From an uncultured Planctomycetia bacterium (GTDB lineage: Bacteria > Omnitrophota > Gorgyraeia > 2-02-FULL-51-18): a stretch of DNA of 64,000 nt. Each line of letters opens with the position of its first letter. The stretch's first letter is position 1. The position numbers and the translations under genes are program-made. Location of the stretch: NCBI GenBank assembly GCA_964606485.1, contig CAZSGP010000003.1, positions 194,481-258,480 of the forward strand, in the 5' to 3' direction. Shown here one piece after another: positions 43,362 through 53,472 of this stretch. The notes beneath the pieces were generated by a model, which saw only the letters and a list, made by a program, of their open reading frames with translations, had not been told where the DNA came from and did no database searches.

Positions 43362-45356
43362 TTATTGCGGGTCCACATTCACAGTGATCGTAATCGCCTT
43401 CTTCTTGAAGCCGTCAAGCGCTTGGCGTAAAAGCGGGTTCGTCTCGGCGACCGAGGGGCCTTTTACGAATAAGTTCCATTTAAAAAGCCCTCTCTCTTTT
43501 GAAATAAGACAGGGCGCCGGACCAACCCACTTGAAGCGATTACTTGCAAACAACGTTTCGGCCCATTTCTTAAATTCAATCACTTGCCGCACCACTTCCT
43601 TTTCGCTCGCTCCACTAAACACAAGTTGCGTGAGGCTTGAGTGCGGCGGCATAAAAAGCTCCTGACGAAATGTAATTTCTTTTTCGTAAAACTCCCGGTA
43701 ATTATGATCCTTGGCGCTCTGAATCGAATAATGCTCCGGCAGATAAGTTTGTATCATCACTTTTCCCGGAATATCCCCGCGGCCCGCGCGGCCAGCCACC
43801 TGAGTGAGCAAATCAAACGTGCGCTCAGCTGAGCGAAAATCGGGAATGTGAAGCGAGGTGTCAGCATTGATCACGCCAATCAGCGACACATTTGGAAAAT
43901 CATGCCCCTTCGCGATCATTTGAGTTCCAATTAAAATATCAATCTCATGATTTTTGAACGCCGTTAAAATCGTTTCGTGCGAATCTTGCCGTGCGGTAGA
44001 GTCTGAATCCATGCGCGCGACGCGTGCGCCGCCAAAAAGTGCGCGCGCCTCGCTTTCAACTTTCTGGGTCCCCATTCCAAAATAATGAAGATAATTTTTT
44101 TGGCAGGCTGGGCACAGTCTCTCGGGAACTGATTTGTAATAACAAACGTGACAGAGCAGCGACGCTTTATCGTAGTGATAGGCTAAAGGAATTCGGCAAT
44201 CCGGACATTTGCAAACAAAGCCGCACGCCGCGCAGTGAAGATAAGTAAAAAATCCTCTCCGGTTAAGAAGTAGCATCACCTGCTCTTTTCGAAACACCGA
44301 GTCTTTAATCGCCTGTTCCAGACGATGTGAAAAAATTTTCTCTCCCCCTTTGGGTGTTTTTTCACGGCGCATGTCGACAATTTCAACAATAGGCAGTGGG
44401 CGATTTTCCACGCGCTTGGGCAATTCGGCAAGACGAATGGTTTTTTTCTCGCAACCGTAAAAAGATTCAAGTGACGGCGTGGCGCTTCCCAAGATCAAAA
44501 CAGCGTTTTCTAGTTCGCACCTTTTTTTAGCAACTTCCCGCGCATGATAGCGCGGCGTTTCATCTTGTTTATAGGACGTGTCATGCTCTTCATCGATCAC
44601 CACCAAGCCCAAATCTTGAACCGGACTAAAAAGGGCGGAGCGCGCGCCAATCACAACCTGCGCCTTTCCTTCTCGTATGCGATGCCACTCCTCTACGCGT
44701 TTGGCCGGTGTAAGCCTGCTATGAATAATCGCGAGCACGTCCCCAAAGCGCGCGTTAAAACGCCCAACGGTTTGCGGAGTAAGTGAAATTTCAGGGACCA
44801 GCACAATGCTTCCCCGTTTTTCTTTGAGAAGCCGGTCGATGAGCCGCATGTACACTTCGGTTTTTCCACTTCCGGTAATTCCGTAAAGCAAATACGAGGC
44901 GTTCTGTCTTCTGTCTAAAACTTCTTTTATCTCATCGAATGCTTTTTCCTGGTCACTGGTGAGCATGGGAATGACTTTGTCGGCGGAGTTTGTAAAGCCT
45001 GTGGAAGTCGTTTTGCGGGATTTCATGAGAACTTTACCCTTTTTAAAGGGTGCTGGGAGTGCCGCCTCAATCGCTTGCCCCCAGGAACAAAAGTATGTCT
45101 CCGCCATCCAACGCGTGAGCTCGAGAAGTTTCGGCCCCATTACCGGCTCGGCATCAATTACAGATTCGATGGGTTTGACGTCAATCACCACAGCCTGATC
45201 AGAAATTCCAACAATCATTCCCACCATGCGCCGGGCGCGCACTGTTAAAAAAACGCGCTTTCCAATTGCAATTTCAGAAGCAAACGCTTCGGGGACCGAA
45301 TATTGAAAGGAAATTCCGGAGGGAAAACCTAACGCAACATCAACGAACAATGCCAA
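43362..45356 (-). CDS. priA: Primosomal protein N' (replication restart helicase)
   Basis: 664 aa. Helicase motifs GITGSGKTEVY and DEEHD. The Cys-rich zinc-binding insert is CAACGFVCKCPDC...CHVCYY...CPAC. Confidence 0.9.
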   Translation of the reverse strand: MALFVDVALGFPSGISFQYSVPEAFASEIAIGKRVFLTVRARRMVGMIVGISDQAVVIDVKPIESVIDAEPVMGPKLLELTRWMAETYFCSWGQAIEAALPAPFKKGKVLMKSRKTTSTGFTNSADKVIPMLTSDQEKAFDEIKEVLDRRQNASYLLYGITGSGKTEVYMRLIDRLLKEKRGSIVLVPEISLTPQTVGRFNARFGDVLAIIHSRLTPAKRVEEWHRIREGKAQVVIGARSALFSPVQDLGLVVIDEEHDTSYKQDETPRYHAREVAKKRCELENAVLILGSATPSLESFYGCEKKTIRLAELPKRVENRPLPIVEIVDMRREKTPKGGEKIFSHRLEQAIKDSVFRKEQVMLLLNRRGFFTYLHCAACGFVCKCPDCRIPLAYHYDKASLLCHVCYYKSVPERLCPACQKNYLHYFGMGTQKVESEARALFGGARVARMDSDSTARQDSHETILTAFKNHEIDILIGTQMIAKGHDFPNVSLIGVINADTSLHIPDFRSAERTFDLLTQVAGRAGRGDIPGKVMIQTYLPEHYSIQSAKDHNYREFYEKEITFRQELFMPPHSSLTQLVFSGASEKEVVRQVIEFKKWAETLFASNRFKWVGPAPCLISKERGLFKWNLFVKGPSVAETNPLLRQALDGFKKKAITITVNVDPQ

Positions 45357-46005
45357 GCTCCGCCATTATCTTTTGGGCATCTTCCCAGGCCAATTTTTTA
45401 TCATCTGGATTTCTTAAAAGGTATGCTGGGTGAAACGTGGGCATAAGCTTTGTGCCATTCCAATCATGAAAGCGTCCGCGGAGCTTGGAAATGGGTTGCT
45501 CGGTTTTAAGCAGAGTCTGTGCTGCAAATTTTCCAAGCGCACAAATAACTTTCGGCTGAATAATTTCGATCTGCCTCATTAAAATAGGGCTACAGCTAGA
45601 AATTTCTTCCGGCTGTGGGTTCCGGTTTTCCGGCGGACGGCATTTTAAGCAATTGGCGATGTACACGTCTTCGCGCTTAAGCTTCATCGCTTCAATAATT
45701 TTTGTGAGGAGCTGCCCTGCTGCTCCTACAAACGGCAAGCCCTGCTGGTCTTCGTCAAAGCCGGGCGCTTCTCCGACAAACAAAAGACGCGCTTCGGAGT
45801 TTCCGCTTCCAAACACCAATTTGGTGCGCGTTTTAGCGAGCGCGCAAAGTTTACAATTGGCGAATTCGGCAAACAGCGCATTCAGCGCCTCTTTCTTAGA
45901 GCTGCCCTTTTTTTCTTTAGGCTTAGCTTCAATTTCAGAAACACCGAACGACTTTTCGATTTCAAGATACTGCTTGAGGCGCGATGCGGGTGACTCAAAG
46001 CTCAT
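45340..46005 (-). CDS. Uracil-DNA glycosylase, family 4
   Basis: LLFVGEAPGFDEDQQGLPFVGAAGQLL and the Cys cluster CKLC...C are typical of family 4 UDG. Confidence 0.8.
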   Translation of the reverse strand: MSFESPASRLKQYLEIEKSFGVSEIEAKPKEKKGSSKKEALNALFAEFANCKLCALAKTRTKLVFGSGNSEARLLFVGEAPGFDEDQQGLPFVGAAGQLLTKIIEAMKLKREDVYIANCLKCRPPENRNPQPEEISSCSPILMRQIEIIQPKVICALGKFAAQTLLKTEQPISKLRGRFHDWNGTKLMPTFHPAYLLRNPDDKKLAWEDAQKIMAELGIVR

Positions 46006-47125
46006 TTTTAAGAAATTCAGCCAGAGTTTCCGCAGAATGCGGCGTGGATAATTTTAAAACAGCCTGCTTCATGCGTTCCAGTGAAGTTGGGTTCTCGGAT
46101 AGCTCTTTTATCTTAGAAACGAGTGCTGTCACCCGGCAAGTGGCAAAGCCAGCGCCGTAAGCTTCGAGTAGTTTGTCGTTGCGCGTTTCCTGTCCGGGTG
46201 TTGAGCAAAAAAGAATCATGGGTTTTTGCTTGGCCATGCTTTCGCTGACCGTAAGACCGCCGCCCTTTCCAACAATCACGTCGGCGGCATCCATGAGTTC
46301 GTCCATAAAATTCACAAACCCGTAAACCTTTATCAGCTTATTTCCAGAAAATTTATCCGCGAATGCTTTATACATATCCTGATTTTTTCCGCAAACAATC
46401 AACATCTGGATACGCGTCGCACTTCGACTTAAGCCCTCCACCAATTGCTTGGTGGTATCAAGCCCTGCTCCGCCACTTGTAACCAAGACTGTAAACAGGT
46501 TTGGGTCAAGCCCCTGCCGCGCCAAGGCATCCGCTTTGGGCCTAGAGAGCGCAAACTTAAACGATACAGGTATTCCGAACAATTTAATTTGATTTAACGC
46601 TGCACCCATCTGCAGCAGCTCTTCTTTAGATTCTTTGCTCGCAGTCACGTAAAAATCCACCTGGTCAGACACCCAAACATAGTGAGGTCTAAAGTCGGTG
46701 ATCACGGAAATAATTTTAGATTTTATTTTTCCGTATTTCTTTAGATAGGAGGCCACTTCCACCGAAAAAAAGTGGGTACAAATTACTACATCGGGATTTT
46801 CATCGATTAAAATTTTTTGCAACCGCCCGTCGCCGATTCGATTGTAAACATGGCGGACAAAACGCATCAAACCCCTATAAAGCCAGCGAAGATTCATCGT
46901 GTTATAAAAAAACCCCCAAAGCCACGGCGCATACTTCACCTGCAGAACAAAGGACTGGTTGTAAATGGTTTGAAAGAGTTTGGATTGAAGCGAGAGCGTG
47001 TCCAAAACGGTGACGCGTTCGAAATAACTCTGCTTTCTGAGCGCTTCCTCGACAGCTTTAGCGGCCTGTGTATGACCAAAGCCTACCGATGCGTGCAGTA
47101 TTAAGATTTTTGACTGACGATCCAT
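45995..47125 (-). CDS. GT28-family glycosyltransferase (MGDG-synthase/UgtP-like diacylglycerol glycosyltransferase).
   Basis: 376 aa. MDRQSKILILHASVGFGHTQAAKAVEEAL is the MGDG-synthase N-terminus. The C-terminal region is MurG-like GT-B. Confidence 0.6.
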   Translation of the reverse strand: MDRQSKILILHASVGFGHTQAAKAVEEALRKQSYFERVTVLDTLSLQSKLFQTIYNQSFVLQVKYAPWLWGFFYNTMNLRWLYRGLMRFVRHVYNRIGDGRLQKILIDENPDVVICTHFFSVEVASYLKKYGKIKSKIISVITDFRPHYVWVSDQVDFYVTASKESKEELLQMGAALNQIKLFGIPVSFKFALSRPKADALARQGLDPNLFTVLVTSGGAGLDTTKQLVEGLSRSATRIQMLIVCGKNQDMYKAFADKFSGNKLIKVYGFVNFMDELMDAADVIVGKGGGLTVSESMAKQKPMILFCSTPGQETRNDKLLEAYGAGFATCRVTALVSKIKELSENPTSLERMKQAVLKLSTPHSAETLAEFLKNEL

Positions 47126-47649
47126 TGCGCGGCCTCGAGAAGATTTTTTTGTATTAAAAACGGTTTAACGGGAAGTTTTGAAATTTCTCTTTTTTTAACG
47201 CGTCCACTCAAAACCAGTATCCCTTTGCAGCCTAAATTGTGCGCGGCTTCCATGTCTTCGCGCGAGTCCCCGACAAAATAAGTCTTTTTTAAGTTTACCT
47301 CATTTTTGCCGATCGCTTTTTTAAACATGAGTGTTTGGGGCTTCTTACACAGACATCCGTCGGTAGTCTGGTGGATGCAGTAGAACACATCATGGATCTT
47401 ACCGCCGCTCGCTTCCACTTCGCACCTCATGCGCTGGGTCAGAAGATCCAATTCGTGCATGGTGATTTGCTTACGGGAGACGCAGCCTTGATTTGAAATC
47501 ACCACCACGCGAAACCCGGAGGTGGATAAAAGCCGAATTGCCTCAACAGAGCCGGGTAAAAATTCAAATTCATCCCGGTGCGTGATGTAAAAACCGATGC
47601 CTGGGAATTTATTAATCACCCCATCCCGGTCCAAAAAAACTATTTTCAC
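47101..47649 (-). CDS. gmhB: D-glycero-D-manno-heptose 1,7-bisphosphate phosphatase (HAD-IIIA)
   Basis: FLDRDGVIN...VVVISNQ...CLCKKP...GDS is the GmhB pattern. The start is re-set to the GTG (47647-47649) that overlaps the upstream stop (GTGA). Confidence 0.8.
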   Translation of the reverse strand: MKIVFLDRDGVINKFPGIGFYITHRDEFEFLPGSVEAIRLLSTSGFRVVVISNQGCVSRKQITMHELDLLTQRMRCEVEASGGKIHDVFYCIHQTTDGCLCKKPQTLMFKKAIGKNEVNLKKTYFVGDSREDMEAAHNLGCKGILVLSGRVKKREISKLPVKPFLIQKNLLEAAQWIVSQKS

Positions 47650-48653
47650 AAAAGCTCGCTGGCGGCCTCGGCTAGCGACTCCGCACTCAAGTCTTTCATG
47701 CATTGCTCATCGATTGGGCAAATCTTTTTATAACAAGGCGCGCATGAAATCTCTGAAATTATTTTTTTTCCACGGTTGTAGAGCTCAATTTCGGCGGCAC
47801 AAGTTGACGCGAAGTACGCGAGCACCGGCGTCTTCACAGCAATGGCGATGTGCATCGCCGTTGTATCTCCGGAAATTACAAGATCACACTCTTTGACGAG
47901 TGCGCCAAAGCGTTTAATGTCGTGCGCGCCTGTGTGAATCACCTTCGATTTGCATAGTGACTGAATTTCTTTATTGATTTCGGTTTCTTTGGGTCCACCT
48001 AAAAGTAAAACCGTGGCGCCTTTTTCCGTTAAAAGATCCGCCAAGCGAGCAGCCGTTTGATTCGGAAGCTTCTTACCCGCAAAACGATCACCCGCACCAG
48101 CATTGATTCCAATCACGGGATTGGAATTTGTGTCGAGATCTAGCCCTTCACCCTTCAGCAGTCCTTTCGCAAAAGCGGAGTGTGTGGCTCCGATCGGGAA
48201 AATGTACTCTTCGCCGTTGTAGGGTAAACCCGCCTGTTCGAAACTAATCTGTTGGTACGTCTTCTGATTTTTCTTAAATTTTAAATCGTCATCAAAGCCC
48301 AGTTTATAGGCGTAGTCACTCAAAGAATCAAGCGCGCAAAGCTTTCCATCGACGCCGCGGCCAAAACCTATTCTTTTCTTGGAGCGCACTGCTGTAATGG
48401 ATTCGATTGCCTCCGGCTCCTTGTCTAAGTTAATCGCAATGTCGAAATCGGATTTCATGAGCGCGTGCAAGTTGACCGGCGAAAACGAAACCAAGTGGTC
48501 AATAAGAGGGTTTCCCTCAACCACGTCGCGATAAAGTGGGTCCACGAGCCAGCTAATCTTACAAGTCGGATATCTTTTTTTATAAGCCGTTAAGAGCGGT
48601 GTGGTGCGAAGCACATCGCCCATCGCCCCCAGTTTAACGATGAGAATGTTCAT
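47646..48653 (-). CDS. ADP-heptose:LPS heptosyltransferase (GT9)
   Basis: 335 aa. MNILIVKLGAMGDVLRTTPLL is the GT9 N-terminus. The C-terminal ...GDTTAMHIA motif is present. Confidence 0.75.
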   Translation of the reverse strand: MNILIVKLGAMGDVLRTTPLLTAYKKRYPTCKISWLVDPLYRDVVEGNPLIDHLVSFSPVNLHALMKSDFDIAINLDKEPEAIESITAVRSKKRIGFGRGVDGKLCALDSLSDYAYKLGFDDDLKFKKNQKTYQQISFEQAGLPYNGEEYIFPIGATHSAFAKGLLKGEGLDLDTNSNPVIGINAGAGDRFAGKKLPNQTAARLADLLTEKGATVLLLGGPKETEINKEIQSLCKSKVIHTGAHDIKRFGALVKECDLVISGDTTAMHIAIAVKTPVLAYFASTCAAEIELYNRGKKIISEISCAPCYKKICPIDEQCMKDLSAESLAEAASELL

Positions 48654-49410
48654 GTTTAAGCTCCCATACTTTGACCCAATTTAAAAAATGCACCCAGGCA
48701 AATAATATCGAGAAAAAAAGACCGTAAATGCCATCCATAAAACCTTTTTTACGGATGTAAAACTTGAAAAACCGCTTCAAAGGCTTTTCTTTTAAATTAA
48801 AGAGAATCTCATCGTCCGAAATGTTTTTATTTTCTTCTAGTTTTGCCTGCGCCTCGCGCGTGGAGTAGCCGTTGTGACGCATCACAAATTGCTTAATTGA
48901 GGTGAACGGGTAATGCTCTACCGGCGCGTCCAGCTTCCCCACTTTTCCGTCAACGTGTAGCGTTTCGTGAATTACACCGTCGTAATGCGCTTTTCCGCGA
49001 CGAAATAAGTGAAGACTATAGTGATACCACCCGCCATGACGCATAAAATGGCCGAGAAAGAAATTTTTCTTGCGAAACTCAAAGGCGTTGAATGGGACGC
49101 TCTTTTCGAGCATCTGGCTTACCTTTTTCTTAAATTCGGGTGTCGCGCGCTCGTCGGGGTCAACGTGAAAGCACCAGTCGCTGGTCGCTTTTTCATTTCC
49201 AAGATTGCGTTCGGTGCAAAAACGGTAGCCGTCCCAGTGATTTTGATACACTTTATCGGTATACGTTTTGCAAATTTCAACGGTGCGGTCGGTGCTAAAC
49301 CCATCGATCACGACGATTTCGTCTGCCCATCCTTTTACGCTTTCAAGTGTACCCGTCACCAGATCTTCACAGTTCTTGGTCATGATGACAGCGCTTAAGG
49401 TTTCTTTCAT
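48634..49410 (-). CDS. GT2 glycosyltransferase, WaaE/KdtX-like LPS core family (paralog 1 of 3).
   Basis: LSAVIMTKNCEDLV...ADEIVVIDGFSTDRTVEI...VDPDER. Start set at the internal Met (MKETLSAVIM) to avoid overlapping paralog 2. Confidence 0.65.
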   Translation of the reverse strand: MKETLSAVIMTKNCEDLVTGTLESVKGWADEIVVIDGFSTDRTVEICKTYTDKVYQNHWDGYRFCTERNLGNEKATSDWCFHVDPDERATPEFKKKVSQMLEKSVPFNAFEFRKKNFFLGHFMRHGGWYHYSLHLFRRGKAHYDGVIHETLHVDGKVGKLDAPVEHYPFTSIKQFVMRHNGYSTREAQAKLEENKNISDDEILFNLKEKPLKRFFKFYIRKKGFMDGIYGLFFSILFAWVHFLNWVKVWELKHEHSHR

Positions 49411-50180
49411 GGCTTGGGTTCGGAGTTTTTTTTCATTTCCCAATACTTGGCGTACGATAAGAACTGGTACATGCCTGAGTTAACCGCTAAAAATAAGCCG
49501 ATCACTCCGTCCTTGTGGCCCTGCTTCTTAAAATAGGCTCTATAAAAACGGTCGATCATCTTGCGGATGACGCTAAACATTCCCACTTTTCTTTTTTCGC
49601 GGAACCACTTGCGCGCTTCCAGATCTGTTTGACGGTCAAGCTTGGCAATCGCGTCTGTAAAATCGCGGTAGGTGTAATGAATGAGATCGGATTTTAAATC
49701 ACCTTTAGGGTATTTCATGAAAGCTTGTGGATGCACTTCGGCGAATTCGTCGTACTTGAACTCACTTTTCTTAAAAAGTTTTACTTGGGCGGCCGGATAC
49801 ATACCGCCGTAGCGAACCCAATAACTGCCGATGAAATTTTTACGGGGGTTGGTGTATCCATTGCAATCAGGGCCCTTTTTCAAAAGCTCGACAATTTCAT
49901 CTCTGAGCTCTGGGGTAAAACGCTCGTCCGCATCAAGACTATACACCCACTCGTGGGTCGCAAGCGCGTAAGCAAAATTTCGGTGGCGCCCTTCAAAATC
50001 CATTTGCCGTGTCACCACTCTTGCGCCAAATGATTTGGCGATTTCAACGGTCTTGTCAGTGGAATTATCATCCACCACAATAAGCTCGTCTGCCCAAGAA
50101 GCGCTTTCTAAGCACTCCTTTAAGCGGGACTCCTCATTTTTGGCAATGATGACAATCGAGAGTTTTGCTTTTTCTGACAT
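49407..50180 (-). CDS. GT2 glycosyltransferase, WaaE/KdtX-like (paralog 2 of 3)
   Basis: LSIVIIAKNEESRLKECLESASWADELIVVDDNSTDKTVEI...LDADERF. Confidence 0.7.
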   Translation of the reverse strand: MSEKAKLSIVIIAKNEESRLKECLESASWADELIVVDDNSTDKTVEIAKSFGARVVTRQMDFEGRHRNFAYALATHEWVYSLDADERFTPELRDEIVELLKKGPDCNGYTNPRKNFIGSYWVRYGGMYPAAQVKLFKKSEFKYDEFAEVHPQAFMKYPKGDLKSDLIHYTYRDFTDAIAKLDRQTDLEARKWFREKRKVGMFSVIRKMIDRFYRAYFKKQGHKDGVIGLFLAVNSGMYQFLSYAKYWEMKKNSEPKP

Positions 50181-50192
50181 AAGCCCAGTATT

Positions 50193-51263
50193 CTAAATGA
50201 TTTTAAGCGCGGCTTCTACTACTTGTTCGACCGCGACTTTTTCGAGACACTGACGCTCGTGCGTACACGGAGGAAATGTGAAGCGCTGATAGCAAGGCCG
50301 GCAAGGCACGTCTTGAACCACCACTTGGCGTTTAGCCTGACCTGGAAAGGGTCCGTAAACCTTTTCGTCTACCGGACCAAAAATTGAAACTGTTTTGACG
50401 CCCAGGGCATTCGCAAAGTGAAGCAGCCCACCGTCATTGCAAAGCAACAGCTCTGAGCGCTTGAGCAGCGCTGCGACACCCGCCAAACCTTCGCTAGTCA
50501 CCACCATCGCAGAGATATTTAAATGTCTAGCCGTCTCCTGCAAAAGCTTTATCTCGGGCCCATCTCCCAGCAGAATTATTTTAAAGGGTTTGGTTTCTGA
50601 AAGTTGATTCAGCGCCGCAGCAAATTGCTCAGGGTTCCATTGTTTGAAATGGGCATTTACCCCCCAGCTTCGACCTCCGCCGGGTGCACAGACTACAACC
50701 TTGTCAGTCGGCAGAATTCCCTCTTTTTTAAAAGTAGCTGCTACCATTTTGAGCGATTCATCAGATACGTATAACGGCAATTCCGCTTGAGGCGAAAAAG
50801 ATTCAATTCCAAAAAATTTCAAAAGCTCTGCCTGCGTGTGAATCACGTGACGCGCTTCGTAACCCACTATCTTCTGCTTGTGGGTTAAAAATAGCCCCCT
50901 TCCTTTGAAATCAAGGCCGACACGCTTTGGAATTCCGATTAAAAAAGAAAAAAAGCTAAATTCACGGCTAAGCGAAAAATCTAAAGTCGCATCAAATTGA
51001 TGTGAGCGGACAAGACCCCAAAAGCCCTGGAGTTCTTTTAAAAATAAAAACGGACTTTTTTTGAGCGCAAGACGCAGCGCATCGCGGTTAAACACAAAGG
51101 TTTGATCGATGGAGCGATTTAAACGCACGAGCTCCTGTGTGCGCTCATTACAGATAAAACCAATCACAAGATCGGGGTTTTGGTGGCGAAGCGCCTCGAC
51201 CACCGTCATCGAAAAGATCGCATCCCCAATACCAAAAGGATTAATGACGAGGAGTTTTTTCAT
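50193..51263 (-). CDS. ADP-heptose:LPS heptosyltransferase (GT9)
   Basis: 356 aa. MKKLLVINPFGIGDAIFSMTVVEAL is the GT9 N-terminus. The C-terminal ...DGGLLHFANALG motif is present. Confidence 0.75.
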   Translation of the reverse strand: MKKLLVINPFGIGDAIFSMTVVEALRHQNPDLVIGFICNERTQELVRLNRSIDQTFVFNRDALRLALKKSPFLFLKELQGFWGLVRSHQFDATLDFSLSREFSFFSFLIGIPKRVGLDFKGRGLFLTHKQKIVGYEARHVIHTQAELLKFFGIESFSPQAELPLYVSDESLKMVAATFKKEGILPTDKVVVCAPGGGRSWGVNAHFKQWNPEQFAAALNQLSETKPFKIILLGDGPEIKLLQETARHLNISAMVVTSEGLAGVAALLKRSELLLCNDGGLLHFANALGVKTVSIFGPVDEKVYGPFPGQAKRQVVVQDVPCRPCYQRFTFPPCTHERQCLEKVAVEQVVEAALKII

Positions 51264-52246
51264 GGGTGAGCCGTGATTTTTTCAATGGCCCGCAAGACTT
51301 CATCCGGACTAATCTTGTTCGTCTCTTTCCAGATTGCAACACTATCAGAGCGCTTCGGACCCCATCGCAAAGGATTGGAGCCCTCACAGTTCTTGGCGTA
51401 TAAAATTACACTTGGAACCTTTTGGATCCAGGCGATGTGCGCTGGTCCGCTATCTGAGGATACAAAAACCTTAGCCTGAGGGCGCGACAACATCGCAACA
51501 AGCTCCTTTAGAGGAGTTTGTCCGGTTAGATCGAGTACTTGGGTTCCAATAAGTCTTGCGATCTTCTGAGACGTCTCGCGCTCCTCAGCTCCGCCAACAA
51601 GAATAATTTCATACCCTTTTTCCTTCAGGTGTCGGGCAACCGTTGCAAAATTTTCCTCAGGCCATTTTTTTTGGGGGTTGCTGGTACCCCCATGGATCAC
51701 GGCCCAGGGCTTTGCAGAAATTTCTTTGGTTTTTTCATTGATTGCAAGCTGAGCGCTTGAATCAATCGGCAACTCTAGCGCGCCATCCCACTTTTTTGAC
51801 GTCACAAGCGACGCAAGCTTAAGATTAGCGTCCATTTCGTGGAGAGCGTTCGAATCTTTAGAATCTTTGAGCGTGCGATTTAGTAAAAATCCAAACTTCC
51901 GTGAATACCCCACGCGAATTGGGATTCGCGCTAAAAAAAAGAGCGTGTGCCAGTTTTTGTCTGGATTTGATGCGATAGCCACGCTAAAACCCGCGGCTTT
52001 GATCTGAGCCTTGATTTGCGAGCGGTATGCCCTGTTTTTCTTGAAACGCAGCGCGTCTACCCGGACAATTTCATCTAAATCAGGATGCCCCTCGAGAAGC
52101 GGCGCAACCGATGGGTCTACCGCCAAAGCAATCCAGGACTTTGGAAATTCTTGACGAAGTAGTCTCAGGGCTGGCAAATTCATCAGCACGTCCCCCATTC
52201 GATCCGTGCGGACAAATAAAATACGATGCGGCTTGGCTTGGGGCAT
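51260..52246 (-). CDS. ADP-heptose:LPS heptosyltransferase (GT9)
   Basis: HRILFVRTDRMGDVLMNLPALRLL...SSDSGPAHIA. Start set at MPQAKPHRILF, 5 nt after the ligase stop. Confidence 0.7.
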   Translation of the reverse strand: MPQAKPHRILFVRTDRMGDVLMNLPALRLLRQEFPKSWIALAVDPSVAPLLEGHPDLDEIVRVDALRFKKNRAYRSQIKAQIKAAGFSVAIASNPDKNWHTLFFLARIPIRVGYSRKFGFLLNRTLKDSKDSNALHEMDANLKLASLVTSKKWDGALELPIDSSAQLAINEKTKEISAKPWAVIHGGTSNPQKKWPEENFATVARHLKEKGYEIILVGGAEERETSQKIARLIGTQVLDLTGQTPLKELVAMLSRPQAKVFVSSDSGPAHIAWIQKVPSVILYAKNCEGSNPLRWGPKRSDSVAIWKETNKISPDEVLRAIEKITAHP

Positions 52247-52251
52247 CCGGA

Positions 52252-53472
52252 CTACACCGGCTCTTTTGGGAGTCGCGATGCGGCCATACATAATCCGATT
52301 GCGAACCATAGCAGATTAATAAGCAGTGTGGATTGCAAATTCGTATCTGTTGCGCTATGCAGCAAAAAAGCAATTACTCCAAAATACAACGCGGTTGCCG
52401 AACTTTTTAAAAATGGGTCCTGGATTTTACCCATTTTTTTAATAGTCGTGAACAAGAAGTACGCCATACATAGAATAAAACTTCCTAAACCAAAAATTCC
52501 AATCTCCGCAGCCATCTGCAAGTAGCCGTTGTGTGCATACTGGAAATCCGGGCTCACGGAATTGGCGCGCTTAAAATGAGGCTCGTTTTTAGCATAGGTA
52601 TTCACTCCAAGACCTGTAAGCGGGCTTGACTGGATCATTCGAATTGCCTCTCCCCACAGCTCAACGCGCTCACTAACAGTACCCTTTTGAAAATTTAGCA
52701 AGTCATTAATTCTATTCCTAATTGGAGCTGGGGAAACGAAAAGCGCCCAAAGAATTGCAACAACCAAAAAAACCCCAAGCAACTTGTCTTTAAAAATCAC
52801 GGCCATCGCTACGAGTGCGAATGCAATTCCAATCCATGCGCCGCGTGAAAAGGTGAGGATTATACAAAGCAGCACCGTCATAAATAATCCAAAAAAAATA
52901 ATGGACCTTAATCGGTACGACTTCCAAGCGCTTCGCATGAATGATAAAAATAAAAAGAATGGGAATATTAGATAGGCCGAAAAATCAATAGCATGTTTAA
53001 ATGGGCCTGTAATCCTGTTGATTCCCTGCGCCATCATGTAAGCGATCATCTTCCTGTTTCTCAGAATTTCGAATCCCCCAAAAAACTGAACAAGACCATC
53101 CACCGAAACTACAAAGCTTGCAGTTAAAAAATAAATGATGACGGTTTGAATTTTTTTTCGTGAGTCCAAAACATAAAAAATAGAGAGGCATAAAAGAATC
53201 TGTCGAAAAACTTTAAACAACCCCCGCGATGAGGCGGCCCAAGAACTTGACCCAAAACAAGAAAGGATATTAAAAATCATGTAGATCGCGAGGAGCAATA
53301 CCCAGTTAGGATCGAATCTCGGGCGGTCAGGGTCCATCGCCCATGAAACTATCGCTGTCAGTAAAAAGATTGCGGCTCCAATCTGGTACAGAGACATCGA
53401 AATGGGCAAAAAGAAAGCGCTCCATAGCATTGAATAGAAGGCTGCCGTTTTAAAAAATGACTTAGTAGGCAT
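52252..53472 (-). CDS. O-antigen ligase / Wzy_C-family polytopic membrane protein (WaaL-like).
   Basis: 406 aa with about 10-12 TM helices. The conserved periplasmic-loop motif YAHNGYLQMAAEIGIFGLGSF is present. Confidence 0.7.
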   Translation of the reverse strand: MPTKSFFKTAAFYSMLWSAFFLPISMSLYQIGAAIFLLTAIVSWAMDPDRPRFDPNWVLLLAIYMIFNILSCFGSSSWAASSRGLFKVFRQILLCLSIFYVLDSRKKIQTVIIYFLTASFVVSVDGLVQFFGGFEILRNRKMIAYMMAQGINRITGPFKHAIDFSAYLIFPFFLFLSFMRSAWKSYRLRSIIFFGLFMTVLLCIILTFSRGAWIGIAFALVAMAVIFKDKLLGVFLVVAILWALFVSPAPIRNRINDLLNFQKGTVSERVELWGEAIRMIQSSPLTGLGVNTYAKNEPHFKRANSVSPDFQYAHNGYLQMAAEIGIFGLGSFILCMAYFLFTTIKKMGKIQDPFLKSSATALYFGVIAFLLHSATDTNLQSTLLINLLWFAIGLCMAASRLPKEPV